This document shows, piece by piece, positions 50,641 through 64,000 of a stretch of DNA of 64,000 bases; the stretch's first letter is position 1, and the number at the start of each line of letters is the position of its first letter. Both the position numbers and the translations under genes were made by a program. Where the stretch lies: assembly GCA_904063045.1 (NCBI GenBank), contig CAJFCJ010000020.1:1542916-1606915 (forward strand), written 5' to 3'. The notes beneath the pieces were generated by a model. It saw only the letters and a program-made list of their open reading frames with translations. It did no database searches and was not told the DNA's origin. The stretch is from Dimorphilus gyrociliatus (lineage: Eukaryota; Animalia; Annelida).

Positions 50641-51875
50641 TTAACAAGCCGTATTACTAAAATCAACGGCAGCTGGCGACTTACGCCCAGCAAGGGAACC
50701 ATTTATAGCCCGTAAACTAGTATATGTATGTTTCGATGCGCTCTCGTGAACGCTGTGATAGTATGTGTTCGAAGACAGTCGCGAAAGTGGTATCCTTCCA
50801 TCTGGGGGTGAAGAGCAACAGCGAAGAGTTAACTCTTTGAAGCCTCTTCGAAACTTCCTACTAAAGAAGCAGTAAACAATTGGGTTGATGCATGAGTTTG
50901 AACTTCCTAACCATTGTGCTATTGGGAGAATAGTTTGTATTAGAATCTTTTCCTCCATTCCCGAAAAAGAACCACCAAACAAAATTCTAATCTTTGTGGC
51001 ATATAACGGCAACCAGGAAAAAGCAAACAGGACAACAACGCAGGAGAGCATCTTAAGAACCTTCACTTTTGATTTGAAAATAACTTCACTAGTATTTGCC
51101 ACGCCCGGCGCATTTCGCCTCCAGACTCTTAGAGCGATTAGTGTATAGCAGATAACGATTGACAGTAGAGGGAGGGTATAGCAACATAAGAAAGTTGCTC
51201 CTAGAAAGTAGCCTTTCTGTTTACTTTTATCAGCAGTAGGGTCTTGTGACCAAATTTCTACACACGTTGGAATTGTTTGACGAGGAGAGTTATGGTAGTC
51301 TATCTGATAGTAAATAGCCCATGGAGACATGATAGCCATTGAGAACAACCAGATGAGTACGATAATTAGTCTTGCGACCGTTCCGGTCATATGCAGTTCT
51401 AGTGTATGGCATATAGCTATATATCGGTCAACCGCTATAGCGACTAACGTGCTAACCGATGCTGATACGGACGTCCCCTGTAGAAAAGGCGTCACCTTAC
51501 ACATGACGACACCCAACCTCCAACCTTTTAAAATGATTTGTGGGTTACTAGGAGGGTTTCCTTATGACTTATATAGACTATATATAGCGTGTTTAGGAAC
51601 TTACCTGAAATTAGATTGTTAACTAACGTGATTGGCAGGCAGAAAACAGTCACGAGAATATCAGCGACGGCCAAATTGACTATGAAGTAATTCGTTACCG
51701 TATGCATCCTTGAATTTCGGTAAACGACTAATATAACGAGAGTATTGCCAACAACCGCTATAAAAAACACCAAACTATAGGCAATAGTATATACTATAAT
51801 CATAGAAACGGTTTGTTTCACTAGCGGATAATATTCATGAGTAGTATTTATAAGCGTCGAATTCGTCGTCGACAT
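50641..51875 (-). CDS. Rhodopsin-class neuropeptide GPCR, SIFamide/NPFF-receptor-like (2 coding exons: 51875 to about 51605, and about 51525 to 50641)
   Basis: N-glycosylated N-terminus; GNTLVILVV; MHTVTNYFIVNLAVADILV..FCLPITL; CKVTPFLQG.SV.ASVSTL.AIAVDRY; FAFSWLPLY; QWLGSSNSCINPIVYCFF. These match my recollection of the SIFaR/NPFFR clade. Confidence 0.85.
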
Positions 51876-54057
51876 CCTCTTCCTCGTCGCCGCCGCCGTC
51901 TAGTCTAATTTACTCCTTTTCAAAGCGACACCTAACGGCCGCTTTTTCAAAGTACTCGCAACTTCGGTTGAGTGCGTGGGATTTTTAAAATAGCGTGCAT
52001 TAACTCAAATAAAAAATAACTTGTATCAATACAATACATACTTTATTATTAAATATGTAAAAAAATTAATAGGCCTAATATGTGTATCTATAGATTCATA
52101 TGTATAAATACATCTGAAAGTTTGTATACGTAAATATAGTAGTTAATATATTTTAAACTGTTTAACTGAAATATATTAGTATATACATTATTTACAATGT
52201 TTATTCATTTTGTTACATGTGTGTACGCTATTTGTTTAAAAAAAAAAAACAAGAAAAAGTATGCCAATCTTTTAAAAAAATGGAAATGGGAGGTTGATGC
52301 ACTGGGTGACGTTAATGTACGTGAAAGGGGCGAAGAAAGAGAGGCTACTGTACGTAAAGGAAACCTTTTCTCTTTAATGCGTGAAAAAAAAAATAACATA
52401 ACGACAAACGCGATTAGGAAGAGCCTGGCTTTTTCAGGCACAAGTCTAGTGTCAGAGGTCGACTTGTTTATTCAATAAATCATGTATTAATATTACAGTT
52501 TGCTTTGCGCGCTAGTGGTTAATTGCCGTGAACAATAGAACTAAAGGCGTCTACATAGCGTTGCACATTAAGACACTATAAAATCGACAACAACTGGCTC
52601 TTCTTGTTTGCCTAGTCAGAGTCATTACTCGAGCAGGTGGTCTTCCATGCCCTCTAATTCCAACTTCAAAGCAGAGTATACATAAAACACTTTACTCCAT
52701 CGATGATGGACGATTATTCTACTCTCTCTCCATTCCAAACAAGTGCGGAATATCTCACTTTCGCACGCCCTTCTCATATAATGTAAATCACTACGACCTG
52801 ATAATTAATTCATAACAGCCAACATTTACACGGCAGGCATAGGGTAATTTATATATAAAATATATATATGTGTTACTAGCAATAACAGAAACTCAGCAGT
52901 ATTATTTAATGGTAAAACAATAGTGGAATCTACCTATAAAAAAGATAAAAACAGTAATAACTTTTCAGAAATGAACATATTTCATTGCCATATATTAAAA
53001 TGATTATGGTAATTTTCATATCTTCAAAATGAATGGCATGTTTTCTGTTTTCATCTTAATTGCCCAGTCACAGATGTTATGTCATTTTATATTTGGTACT
53101 TTCCGATGAAACAAGTTTCATAATTGTATGAGGCTGACCTATGTTGAACTGGTTTCAAGCTTACTTACATTATAGTTAGAAAATATATAACATATACTTT
53201 CCATCCAACACCCACCCAACGCATCTTCCTCTACAAGATAATCAAAGTGTCCTATACATTTGTATAAAATATATTAAGACACACTTGAGAAGATAACTCA
53301 ACTTTTCAATTAATTTTAGTTATTGCCTAGGCCTTAAACGATCCGATAACATACATATACAATATGTATTATATATATATATATATATATTTACTGAATA
53401 GTGTATTTAAAGGCATTGCAATTTTTATTTATAGTTCAAATTTGTGCTTGTCTATAAGATACTTAAAAAAAAATTTAAGTATGTGGAAATGAAATGTTTA
53501 AATACTCATTAAAGAAAAAAACTTGACATTATAGATTTGTTTAATCGTTTGTACATTACTATTTAAGATGGTTTCATTACACACTTAAAAGAGGAAATGT
53601 TTTTATGACCTTATTAATATATTACATTACCGAAACGTAGGCGACCATATAATACATTGCCTGTACACGTTTTAATAACGTGCCAATTTTCTAACATATC
53701 AAGTTCGTCTTTCTCCACCTCACGACATCTTTATCAAACACGCACGCGTTACTTTAATTTATACCTATTAAACGGATGGACGCTTTTGATACGAAAGAAG
53801 GTCGTGACCTAACACATAAAAGTTTTATTCAGAGCCATCTAGAGTTCATCAATAAAAGTTACTTAGGCTAACTGATCTACTTTATCTAACCGTCCCCAGG
53901 GTGTCTTAAATTAGTCTGTACGATAGTCATAATAAACTTAAATGTATTTATTTTTTCTTCAATTTTTTGGTAACAAAACTGTTGTGTGGTAAAATGAACG
54001 TTGGCAATTGTCATACAATAATATAAGTAGAATAAATCATTTCTGAGTACGATATGC

Positions 54058-56454
54058 TTACTTTTTTTTTTTCGCTGGATTTAAAACCTCTCCTGCTACA
54101 AAAGCACTCGTATTTTCGTCTCGCTGACGATTATTCTCATGGAGCGACTTATATCGGTTTTGAGCCTTAACCCATTTATCTTGAGACGATGGCAAACCGT
54201 CTCTACCAATTGATTTGTTACCGTCATTTGAACCAAGACCAGCAGTTTTTGAGATTCTTTTTTCAGTCTGAATCTGTAGCGAATAATGCATTAATAGTTA
54301 ATTAGCCGTGTAATTCATCTGTAATACCGGCTCTGTAACGCCTCTAGAACTTTGACCTAAACCTTCCCCATCGGTCCAACCCATTTTCAAAAGCATTTTA
54401 CGTCCAATGTTCGTGTCAGGCAGGGGACTACGAAATGGCACTTTTGTTAGTCATTTTACTGGATAAAGGAAAGGGAAAACACCTACTTGTCGACAGAAGC
54501 TGCTTCCTCTTCATCAAGCTTCTGATAGGGATTATCACTCCCGACTGTCTTTCTTCTCTCCTGTGCTCTATCAATGTAAATGTCACCTTTTTCTCTTTCA
54601 GGCGATAGGTAACCCTACAGTCAAGAATACTAAGTATATTTTACGGTTTTCTGTTACATGATAAATATCATACTTCTAATCCGTATTTCTTTTTCATCTC
54701 TTGATAAAATTTTTTTCTTGCAGATTTTGGACCAGGTTTTGGTTTAGTTTTTTCTTTGTCCAACAAATAGGCTCGTACAACACCTGGTTCGCATTCTAAA
54801 CAAGTGTTGGGACCTAATTAAAACGAATTAGTTGACAAAATATATTACTTTGTTAATATCTTAATTTAGTCTTAAATTCAATATCAACAAATATATTACC
54901 GGAATGAACATGAAATTCGAAGACTGAGTCCGAAATTTGCACTAAATCCTTGTTACTTATTATCTGAGGTTCACTGACTTTCCCTGACTAAATGGGTTAT
55001 GTTTGCCATTATAATAAATACTTATATAAAAATTATAGAATATAACCTCTCCTAATCTTTTATTATTTACAAATGTTCCAATATCGCTTCCTTTATCTAC
55101 CATAGTGTATCTTTTTAAGCGTTTATCAAAAGCAATTTCAAGATGTTCCTATCCAAAAAAGTATTTCAATTAATCACTAAAAGAACATGCTCACTTTTTA
55201 TCTTACCACATCAATGTCTTTGAGTCGGATGATGCATTTCACGCCACTACCTATTAGGCCACCTTGTGAACCAACTACAATCACTGTCCCCAGCTCTAAA
55301 ACATTAGATTTATGCACCATGATTCGGACGTAAGAAGGCCATTTATGTTCATCTGGTAAGAAAATAGGCTAGAATTTGAAAGTTAAAAATAATTTCTTCT
55401 CAGCAACCTTCTTCTGAAATGCACATTCGTTTTTCAGGAGGCTCCTTTTCCTGAGACACCTTCTCCTCTTTTTTATTCTTATCCTCTTTCTCTGGTAAAT
55501 CTCTCATTAAAACCGGTTCACGTTCAATTATACCACTTTCCTTGTCTTCTTCGACACTATTTTCTTGCACGGGAGGCTTTAAAAATATTTTCTTTTTAAT
55601 TAGATCCCCTTATATTTTAATAGAATCAAGAAATTTACCTCTCTAGCCTTACGACCAACTTCGCTTGGAAGGAGCATAGAGTAGCTGTTGTCTTCCGCAT
55701 TATGGCGGAAATACTTGTCAACGGCTGGAGCATAAAATAGACCAAGTTGCTGTCAAAAAAGAAAATAGAACATAAATATTAAAAGCAAACATAAACTGAC
55801 TGTATCATATAAATAGTCGTCGTTGTTTTCAATTTTCTGGAGATAGGTTGAGTCGTCGTAAACGTTATACTTTTGTTCTATATGTTCTTCTACAGCAGCT
55901 TTTACGCAGTCAGATATAGACTCAGTCTGATAAAAATTTAAAAACAATAAAAGAAAATTTCATTATACTCTACATAATTGTATATTTAATTTATATACAG
56001 TTCTATTTTCGGAATAATTTTTCCAGTCGTTAGCAACATTAAGAAGAGAATTTTTCTTTTTGGCTAGAAAGAAAATAAAGATACTTATATCGCGTTGACA
56101 GTTTGTGTAAAGAAGTATACTTAACGATCCAGACGTGCATTCGACGCTCTTAGTTTTCTTATCATCGGATTTTTCTTGCTCATATGCGGTCAACTGAGCT
56201 TGCATGTCAATCATAGAATACTGCAATTCATCATATTTAAGTCGACCTTCATCGTGCAATATTTTTAACTGTGAAACTTCTTGTTCTAGGTTGCTGTTAA
56301 TATTAGTCAAGGATTCGACTGTCTTTTTTAGGTGAAACGTTTCTTTTTTCCAATCTCGCTCTTTACTATTATGGTCTTGAAGTTGATTATTTATATCATT
56401 TATTTTCGATTTTAATTCATAATTTTCCCATTTAAGCTCCTCTACAATATCCAT
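54058..56454 (-). CDS. AGGF1: Angiogenic factor with G-patch and FHA domains 1-like (coiled coil, OCRE-like, FHA, G-patch)
   Basis: Coiled coil from MDIVEELKWENYELK; Tyr-rich OCRE-like exons (about 55640-55910); FHA (IGRG..., EHLEIAFDK..YTMVDKGSDIGTFVNN); HSGPNTCLECEPGVV; G-patch NIGRKMLLKMGWTDGEGLG; C-terminus KWVKAQNRY. Confidence 0.9.
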
Positions 56455-56810
56455 TCTGTATTTGGAGTTAGTATGTTCCTTGTTATGAAAAAAGAAATAT
56501 TAGTTTCTAGAAACTAGACATAATAATTCATAATGATTTTATGCAATAATATTCTTACTGTTACATTGCCTATCTCTGGAGAATCTTTCGCTTCTGCTAT
56601 TGCTTCCAACGAATCAATTTTTATTTGAAGTTGTGTATTTTCTTCTTCAAGACTTAAACATCTATTGAGCAAATCAAAAGATGCAGAGTTTCGTTTGATC
56701 CCGCTATATAGGTTTTTGTTTTTCTTCATTAATAGCTCTACCACTGCATCTTTTTCATTGCCGTCTCCTAGCTCACAACCTATTTTAACAATAAGCCATT
56801 AAAATTGTAG

Positions 56811-56850
<40 letters not shown>

Positions 56851-58015
56851 AAAACATCATAAGACGTTAGGGAGAATAAAAATCTTTACCGATTTCATCG
56901 GATGAGGATTCGTCAGCATCCGTCCCGTGCATATAATTTTTAAAGGCTGCCAACTTATATTTCAAAACCTCGATAATTTTCGTCAATTTTTTTTCGTTGA
57001 AACGTTTATCACTCAACTCAATTCTTAAATCGACACCATCTTCCATAGCTAATTTTAAATATTGGAAATTAGCCGACTTTTGCAGTTCCTCAATTGTAGT
57101 TTGCAAAGTAGCTACTTTTTTCCTAGAATCTTGTTGTCTCTCGAACATTCTTTCATACTCAGTTCCACAAGATGCTACAAACGTTGATGGCAATTTTAAT
57201 AGCTCACATCTGCTCTTAAATTTCTCTTTGACTAGTTTTAAATGTTTTTCATGTTCAGCACCGAGTTGACCTAACTCCCGTGAAATATTTATTAAACGCA
57301 GTAATAATTTAATTGCTTCGCATTTGTGATTGCCTGTATTGCACATATCTTGCTGTTCTTCTTCAATAATTAAATCTGTATTTAGTCCAGTAGAAATTTC
57401 CATAGCATTTGAAACTTTTCCTCTTACTATATCCTTAAGTCTCTTTTTTAAAGTGAAGCATTCATCGCTCCGAATTTTCAATTGTAATTCAAGATTTCTA
57501 ACTAAACTCTCTTTATCGGCTAGGTTTTTTAAAGCCATATCTAACATTAGTTTCATGTTTTTCTGACCTTCTACAAGAGATTCTTCTTTCTTTTTTAAAT
57601 TTTTTATTTCTAAGGACATATTATGATATTTGTCTGTATTTTCTATTGATATTTTCTCAAATTTCTCTTTTAAGTAAGCACTTGGAGAATTTTCATTGAT
57701 AAAACTAGATAGATCTTCTAGAGTATATTGGTTTCTTTCGTGTAGTTCATTCGGATTACTCATTTTATGGCTTTGTTCTTGGTCATTAGCTTCAAGCGAA
57801 CGACTTGATTCACAATTTTTGTTTGGTGTAGTTGTATTGAAGAATTTTTCCTCAGCGAAACATTTATTAATTTCTGGATTATGTTTCTGAGTGTGACTGG
57901 GAGTAAGTTGAGTTACAGTTTGTGAAATTCCATAGTCTTTGCTTAAACATTCCTTTTTAATATTTGGAGAATCAGTCTCACCAGATTTACTTTGATACTC
58001 TTGATTTGAAGACAT
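56455..58015 (-). CDS. Coiled-coil-rich exons, either an N-terminal extension of AGGF1 or a separate gene
   Basis: 382-aa ORF 56867-58015 has a donor ATC G|GTAAAG just before its stop. It splices in frame to an exon at about 56782-56548 (GCELGDGNEKDAVVELLMKK...GNVT|GTAAG), which can splice in phase 0 to EHTNSKYR-MDIVEE. Confidence 0.6.
56815..56848. repeat. (TA)n microsatellite
   Basis: About 16 TA units in the predicted intron 56783-56891. Confidence 0.95.
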
Positions 58016-58614
58016 GGTTGTAAAATACTCCTACAATTTCATTTTATCGCTCATAGTATTCAAGTGCTACGATTGAATATTTTGTCTTCTGCACTTTGAA
58101 AGTTTCGATTTGGAAGCACTTTTTGTATGATTATCAGATGATGTAATATTTAAAATCAAGAGTGCTTATCAGTTGACAATATTTTTAATCGTTACAAAAA
58201 ACAGTCTCACTCACATAGTAAGGAAAATATTACGCAAGAGAATATTTCGTAAACGATATAAAATATGTGGAGATTTTAGTAGTAATAAATTGCAATTATT
58301 ATATATAATTGAAAAAATATATCCAAAAATTTAAATAAAATACAATAGACAAACACGCCGTTCTGAAGATATAATCAGTGCGGGGTACCATATATTCATC
58401 TATTATCAACCACAGTTTTTCGCCATTCTGAAGCGAAAAAAAATATTTTTTATTTTTCAAGTATTTTTAGCTGTAAGCTCTACCTTTTTAATAAAAAATT
58501 ATATGAATTTAATAAATTAACTTTGTTCAAGGAGCAAGAATGGATTCAAGATTGATGAATGTAAACAGCGCCATATAACCTTGTTTTCGTTTTCGGCCAT
58601 TTTGCGTATTTTAA

Positions 58615-60083
<1,469 letters not shown>

Positions 60084-60416
60084 TAGTTATCTCTACGAAA
60101 GATTATTAGTTTGTTCAAATTTCTCTTATTGTTTATCATACGCATTCGTGCCATTGTAAAATTCCTATTACATTACTTCGTTACGAGTGAAAAAGAAAAA
60201 TACATTTTTGTATAATTGCCCGTCCGGCGAAGCCAAGTAACGAACAAAAATGTATCTGGCAATTTTCTTTCTTACTACGTCTTTATATATTTTTAATTTG
60301 TTGTGAACTGAATTTTGTGTAGACGCGAACTTGTTCTTTTTTATTTTGTGCTATGTACGGCTAGTGTACGTATTACAGATTAATACTGCAATTTGTTAAT
60401 GTTAAACGCGTTGATA

Positions 60417-60938
60417 CTATAATTTCCTGAGCACTCTATTCTGCCTGATTTGCTGTTGCCTTTCTTCCAGCATAGTTTCTATTTTGTTAGGCAGGTCTTT
60501 GTCCGTAAAATAATCTGCAAGCAAGAGTTAATGAATGTATATTCGTTATAGAATACATAAAGGTCAACGTACTTGCAGCAAAGTCCCGTACATTATCTGG
60601 TCGTTTCAGAAATATATCTCTAGAATGAAATGGCATAGGTAATAGGATATAAACATTATTGAGCATCTCATTTACCCTAGGAAGCCAGCAACTAAACATT
60701 CAACCTCTGGATGTTGCCTCAAGTATTTTTCATTTTCCAATCTTGTCTTCATCTGTTGCAAAAAAAAATTTAACAACAATCGAATTACGCAATTTTAAAC
60801 AACCTTAAATTTATTCAGTTTCGCTTGTTGGTCGTCACTGAGGGCCCCGAGATCACTAGTAGTTTTCATATCATAGGGTTCCATACCCTGTGGTGGATCG
60901 TGGAGAGGGCGTTGTTCTAAAACTTTATCTTTTTCCAT
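60417..60938 (-). CDS. RIIAD1: RIIa domain-containing protein 1 (4 short exons, not in the ORF track)
   Basis: Spliced: MEKDKVLEQRPLHDPPQGMEPYDMKTTSDLGGLSDDQQAKLNKFK|MKTRLENEKYLRQHPEVECLVAGFLG|DIFLKRPDNVRDFAA|NYFTDKDLPNKIETMLEERQQQIRQNRVLRKL*. All junctions are GT-AG and in frame. Confidence 0.9.
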
Positions 60939-61234
60939 CGTGTTCTACCAGTCAGCTTCTTCTGTAACCAAAACAACAGAGGTCGTAAAATTTAACCGGA
61001 AGTCGTCAAAGTAGTTCTTTATACGATGTAGAGTAATATAAAACTACTAGAGCCCTCTACCGTGAAAATGATCAAGCATGGCTTACATATATAAAAATAA
61101 TCTGGCCGCCAGAGGCCTCCCTAAATTAGATATGATTTTGACCATCTTTGTGATTTAGTCGCATTAGGTCAGGAAAAAATTGGAAACGTATCGATAAAAA
61201 CAACATTTACCTAAATTTTTAAGACAGACTTACG
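60939..61234. promoter_or_regulatory. Putative bidirectional promoter of RIIAD1 and DCAF12
   Basis: Divergent start codons 296 bp apart. Confidence 0.55.
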
Positions 61235-62607
61235 ATGACGGAAACTTATCAGGTGAGCAAAGGTTTGACAGTCGTCGATCGATACATGTATGTTACAAAC
61301 AGGCCGATGACGACGATCCTTACTCCCCAAGCGACCCAAAAAAGCTGAAGAAATGCGAAGTCTCACAATCAGTAGGGGTGCAAACAGTTTCACTGTCGAG
61401 CAAATATCATGGGGAACTGTTAAACTTTTTGAGAGATCGCCAATTTCGGCAGCGTATTTCCCGGAGAAGGGTTAAAGTATTGAGAGATATTGAAGCTAAG
61501 TCATTGCCAAATATGCTTCGGGATAGGAAGATCGATCTAGGAGAAGTAAATAAGGTATTTGCCAGCGCCTGGATTAATTCCACGCATGTAGCAGTTGGAA
61601 CCAAATGCAATCGACTGCTGATAATCGACGTTGTAGAGCAGAGGGTCGATGCAACAATCGAAAGCCTTAAAAGTAGTAGATTAAATTCGTCCACTATAGA
61701 ACAAAACTGCGGTATTCATGCCATAGACGTTAATCCTTCTAAAAATATGCTGGCTACTGGGGCAGATCAACCGAACAATCTAGCTGTTTATCAGCTGCCG
61801 TCCTTCGATCCTGTATGTGTTGGCGAAGAAGCTCACAGCGATTGGATTTTTGACCTTTTATGGTTGGATGATAGGAATATTATGACTGGAGGCCGTGATG
61901 GCGTTTTAGCGACTTGGCACATAGATTCAGATAGTATTGTTAATGAGAGTAATGCTTATACACCGAGGCGTTTGACACCAACAGAATGTAAAACAATGTC
62001 AAAAACCCAATTACAAAGAATTCGTTCACTTGCTTACAATGTTATGTCGTCTGAGGTTGCTGCTATTACTTTAAATGGTCATTTACACCTATTTGATGTA
62101 CAATTAGCAGTCAGTGCGCCAAAACGGAGCGTCCTATTGCCATTTTATAAGGAGAATGTGGTTGTTGAGTACAGTGACGATATGAATCTCTATGCAGTCG
62201 GTTCGCATTCCCACATCTTTCTATACGATCCTAGGGAGCCTTGTGGTTCCTCAGATCCATCAAGGGGTAGATTGCGAAGCGTCTCAACACCTGAAAAACA
62301 TATCGCCGTTCGATCTATTGCTTTTAAACAGTATTTAGTTAGTTTAGGTATGGGGAAAAACTCATTAACTTTTCTCGACATGAGAAATCATAAGTATTTG
62401 ACAACCGAGGACGATACAGTTAGACGAATTAGGTTGGATGATGGTTACGTTAGGGAATGCGACAATGATAGGGATATGATTTCAACTACGGATAGCATAA
62501 ATGCCGTATATACGCAACGCTGGAATTCTTTCAACAGTCATTTATTCGCCGCTGGTGGTCCTTTACCAGCATCTCTTTGGGGAAATTGTGCTTCAGTTTT
62601 GAGGTGA
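61235..62607 (+). CDS. DCAF12: DDB1- and CUL4-associated factor 12 (WD40)
   Basis: NKVFASAWINSTHVAVGTKCNRL, CGIHAIDVNPSKNMLATGA, HSDWIF..WLDD, GSHSHIFLYDPR, FAAGGPLPASLWGN. Likely start ATG at 61235 (MTETYQ|gtgagc, 50-nt intron 61253-61302, then ADDDDPY...); the ORF track begins at an internal GTG. Confidence 0.92.
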
Positions 62608-63400
62608 GCAAGCTCCTTGTTGCTTCATTTGTTTCCTTAACTAAATTATACTCGAGAACTATCAATTGCTTATCCCATATATATAAATATATAAATTTTA
62701 TTTATTAAAAAATACAGTCCTAAAATATAAATATAACTGCTTTTTTCATCTAACAAAACTAATTTTGTTTATTTGCATATTCTTTAAATCCTCGTACTTT
62801 GTTCTTTATGTAACATAAAACTTGATCTTTGAATCTTGTATATTAAGCCTCTACAGTAAGTGAAAAAAGTTCTTGGCCGTATTATGTTAGCATTTGCCTG
62901 GTAATCTTATCATTTTGGCACAATTGACGCTTATTTTGTATCTAGTTCTCAGTAAATAATCCCTTTTTTTTATTCTCTTCTTCCTTTGTTAATAAGTGAA
63001 ATGTATTAAACACATCTAAAGAATTTGCCTATTAATATATACAAACTGTATATAATTTTTCCATTATATTCTAAATATGCTATAATTCTCAGATAATCTA
63101 CAAAAAAAAAATTCATCAAAATCAAGATTAGCAGAAATCTCGAGGTTTACAAAATTATAAAATGCCATGTTATGACAAGTAACAGATTTTTAAATCAAGT
63201 CTTTTTCTTTGGTTATTATCAACTTGAAATAAGCTGTCAGAAAAGTTTCGATTTGTTATGAGCAACAATATTATTGACTATTTTGATGTATAGATATACA
63301 ATGAGCTTTAAAGAATTGAATGAGGAGAAAAAGCTATATTCACACTACTATAACTTTTCAATGTATGCAAACATATGTTTGAATATCTATATGCAATCTG

Positions 63401-63433
<33 letters not shown>

Positions 63434-64000
63434 GTATATGTATACACTCTTTTGTTTATACATCTCTTTTTCTCACATGTACATCATATTCTCGTTTTCT
63501 ACGTTGATAATTTCTGAAGATTTTACACTCTTACGAAGTTTTAAAAAAAAAACGAAATGCTTAATGAAACATGAAGGATTTTCAAGAAGTTTATCTCTAC
63601 ATTGGTTTTTTTTTTCTTTTTGCATGCTGTTTGTTATTATATTTTTGAACAAAAAAAGGAAGGTTACATTTTATAATGGAATAGTCTATACATGTTTTTC
63701 CATTTAAAGAATGAGAAAGTCTTTTTCTTTTTTTTTACAGGACATTTTTTTTAAAAAAAAGAAGGAGAATAATTCCAAAATCAAAAGTTAAAACTTGATA
63801 TTTCATTTTTGTATGAATATATTGATTCTATTAAACTCTTGAATGTTTTTTATTTGAACAGGTCGTTTTTAATCAGCTTTTTTTTGTTTATTAATGTCAA
63901 ACTCAATGTACAATTTGTAAATAATTTGACAAAATGAAAATGTGAGAAAATTAAAAAAGCTATATTTTTATTAAAGTTTTCTTTTAATTTGGATGATCTC

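Noticed and set aside
51876-54057. Longest intergenic stretch, searched for ncRNA or small genes
   Set aside because: No tRNA, snRNA or coherent spliced ORF recognised by eye; probably GPCR regulatory or UTR sequence. An Infernal scan would be needed to exclude ncRNA.
63274-63707. Hydrophobic Phe/Ile/Tyr-rich ORFs (also 20162-20347, 49650-49810, 50048-50230, 50448-50702)
   Set aside because: They arise from AT-rich, TA-repeat non-coding sequence with TTG/GTG starts; no coding signal (only the last codons of 49650-49838 belong to cadherin B).

Overview
Eukaryotic (animal) genomic DNA, AT-rich and very compact, with most introns about 50-100 nt. I read 19 protein-coding genes: a 3'-truncated axonemal-type dynein heavy chain (-), two divergent p38-like MAPKs (+) flanking SAPCD2 (-), an intronless orphan (-), PCED1 (+), a GPI-anchored 3-Ig lachesin/IgLON-like gene (-), SMYD4 (+), DIS3L (-), a secreted fibrinogen-related protein (-), eIF3d (-), DCTN3 (+), a head-to-head pair of large Cad87A/CDH23-type cadherins (-/+), a SIFamide/NPFF-type GPCR (-), AGGF1 with an apparent long N-terminal extension (-), FOXK (+), RIIAD1 (-) and DCAF12 (+). 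Gene content and compaction suggest a small-genome invertebrate, probably a spiralian; this is inference and the species is not identified. No tRNA, rRNA, CRISPR array or intact transposon was seen. Main highlights: (1) the dynein's AAA1 Walker A, Walker B and sensor I are all degenerate, so it is a probable pseudo-motor; (2) both MAPKs carry S-G-Y instead of T-G-Y, with eroded Gly loops and docking sites; (3) the divergently transcribed cadherin pair has very different tails; (4) a U12-type intron sits in DCTN3; (5) the TAGGCCTA palindrome recurs, and every + strand gene is head-to-head with a - strand gene. Exon boundaries were read by eye and family calls come from recognised motifs, not database searches.
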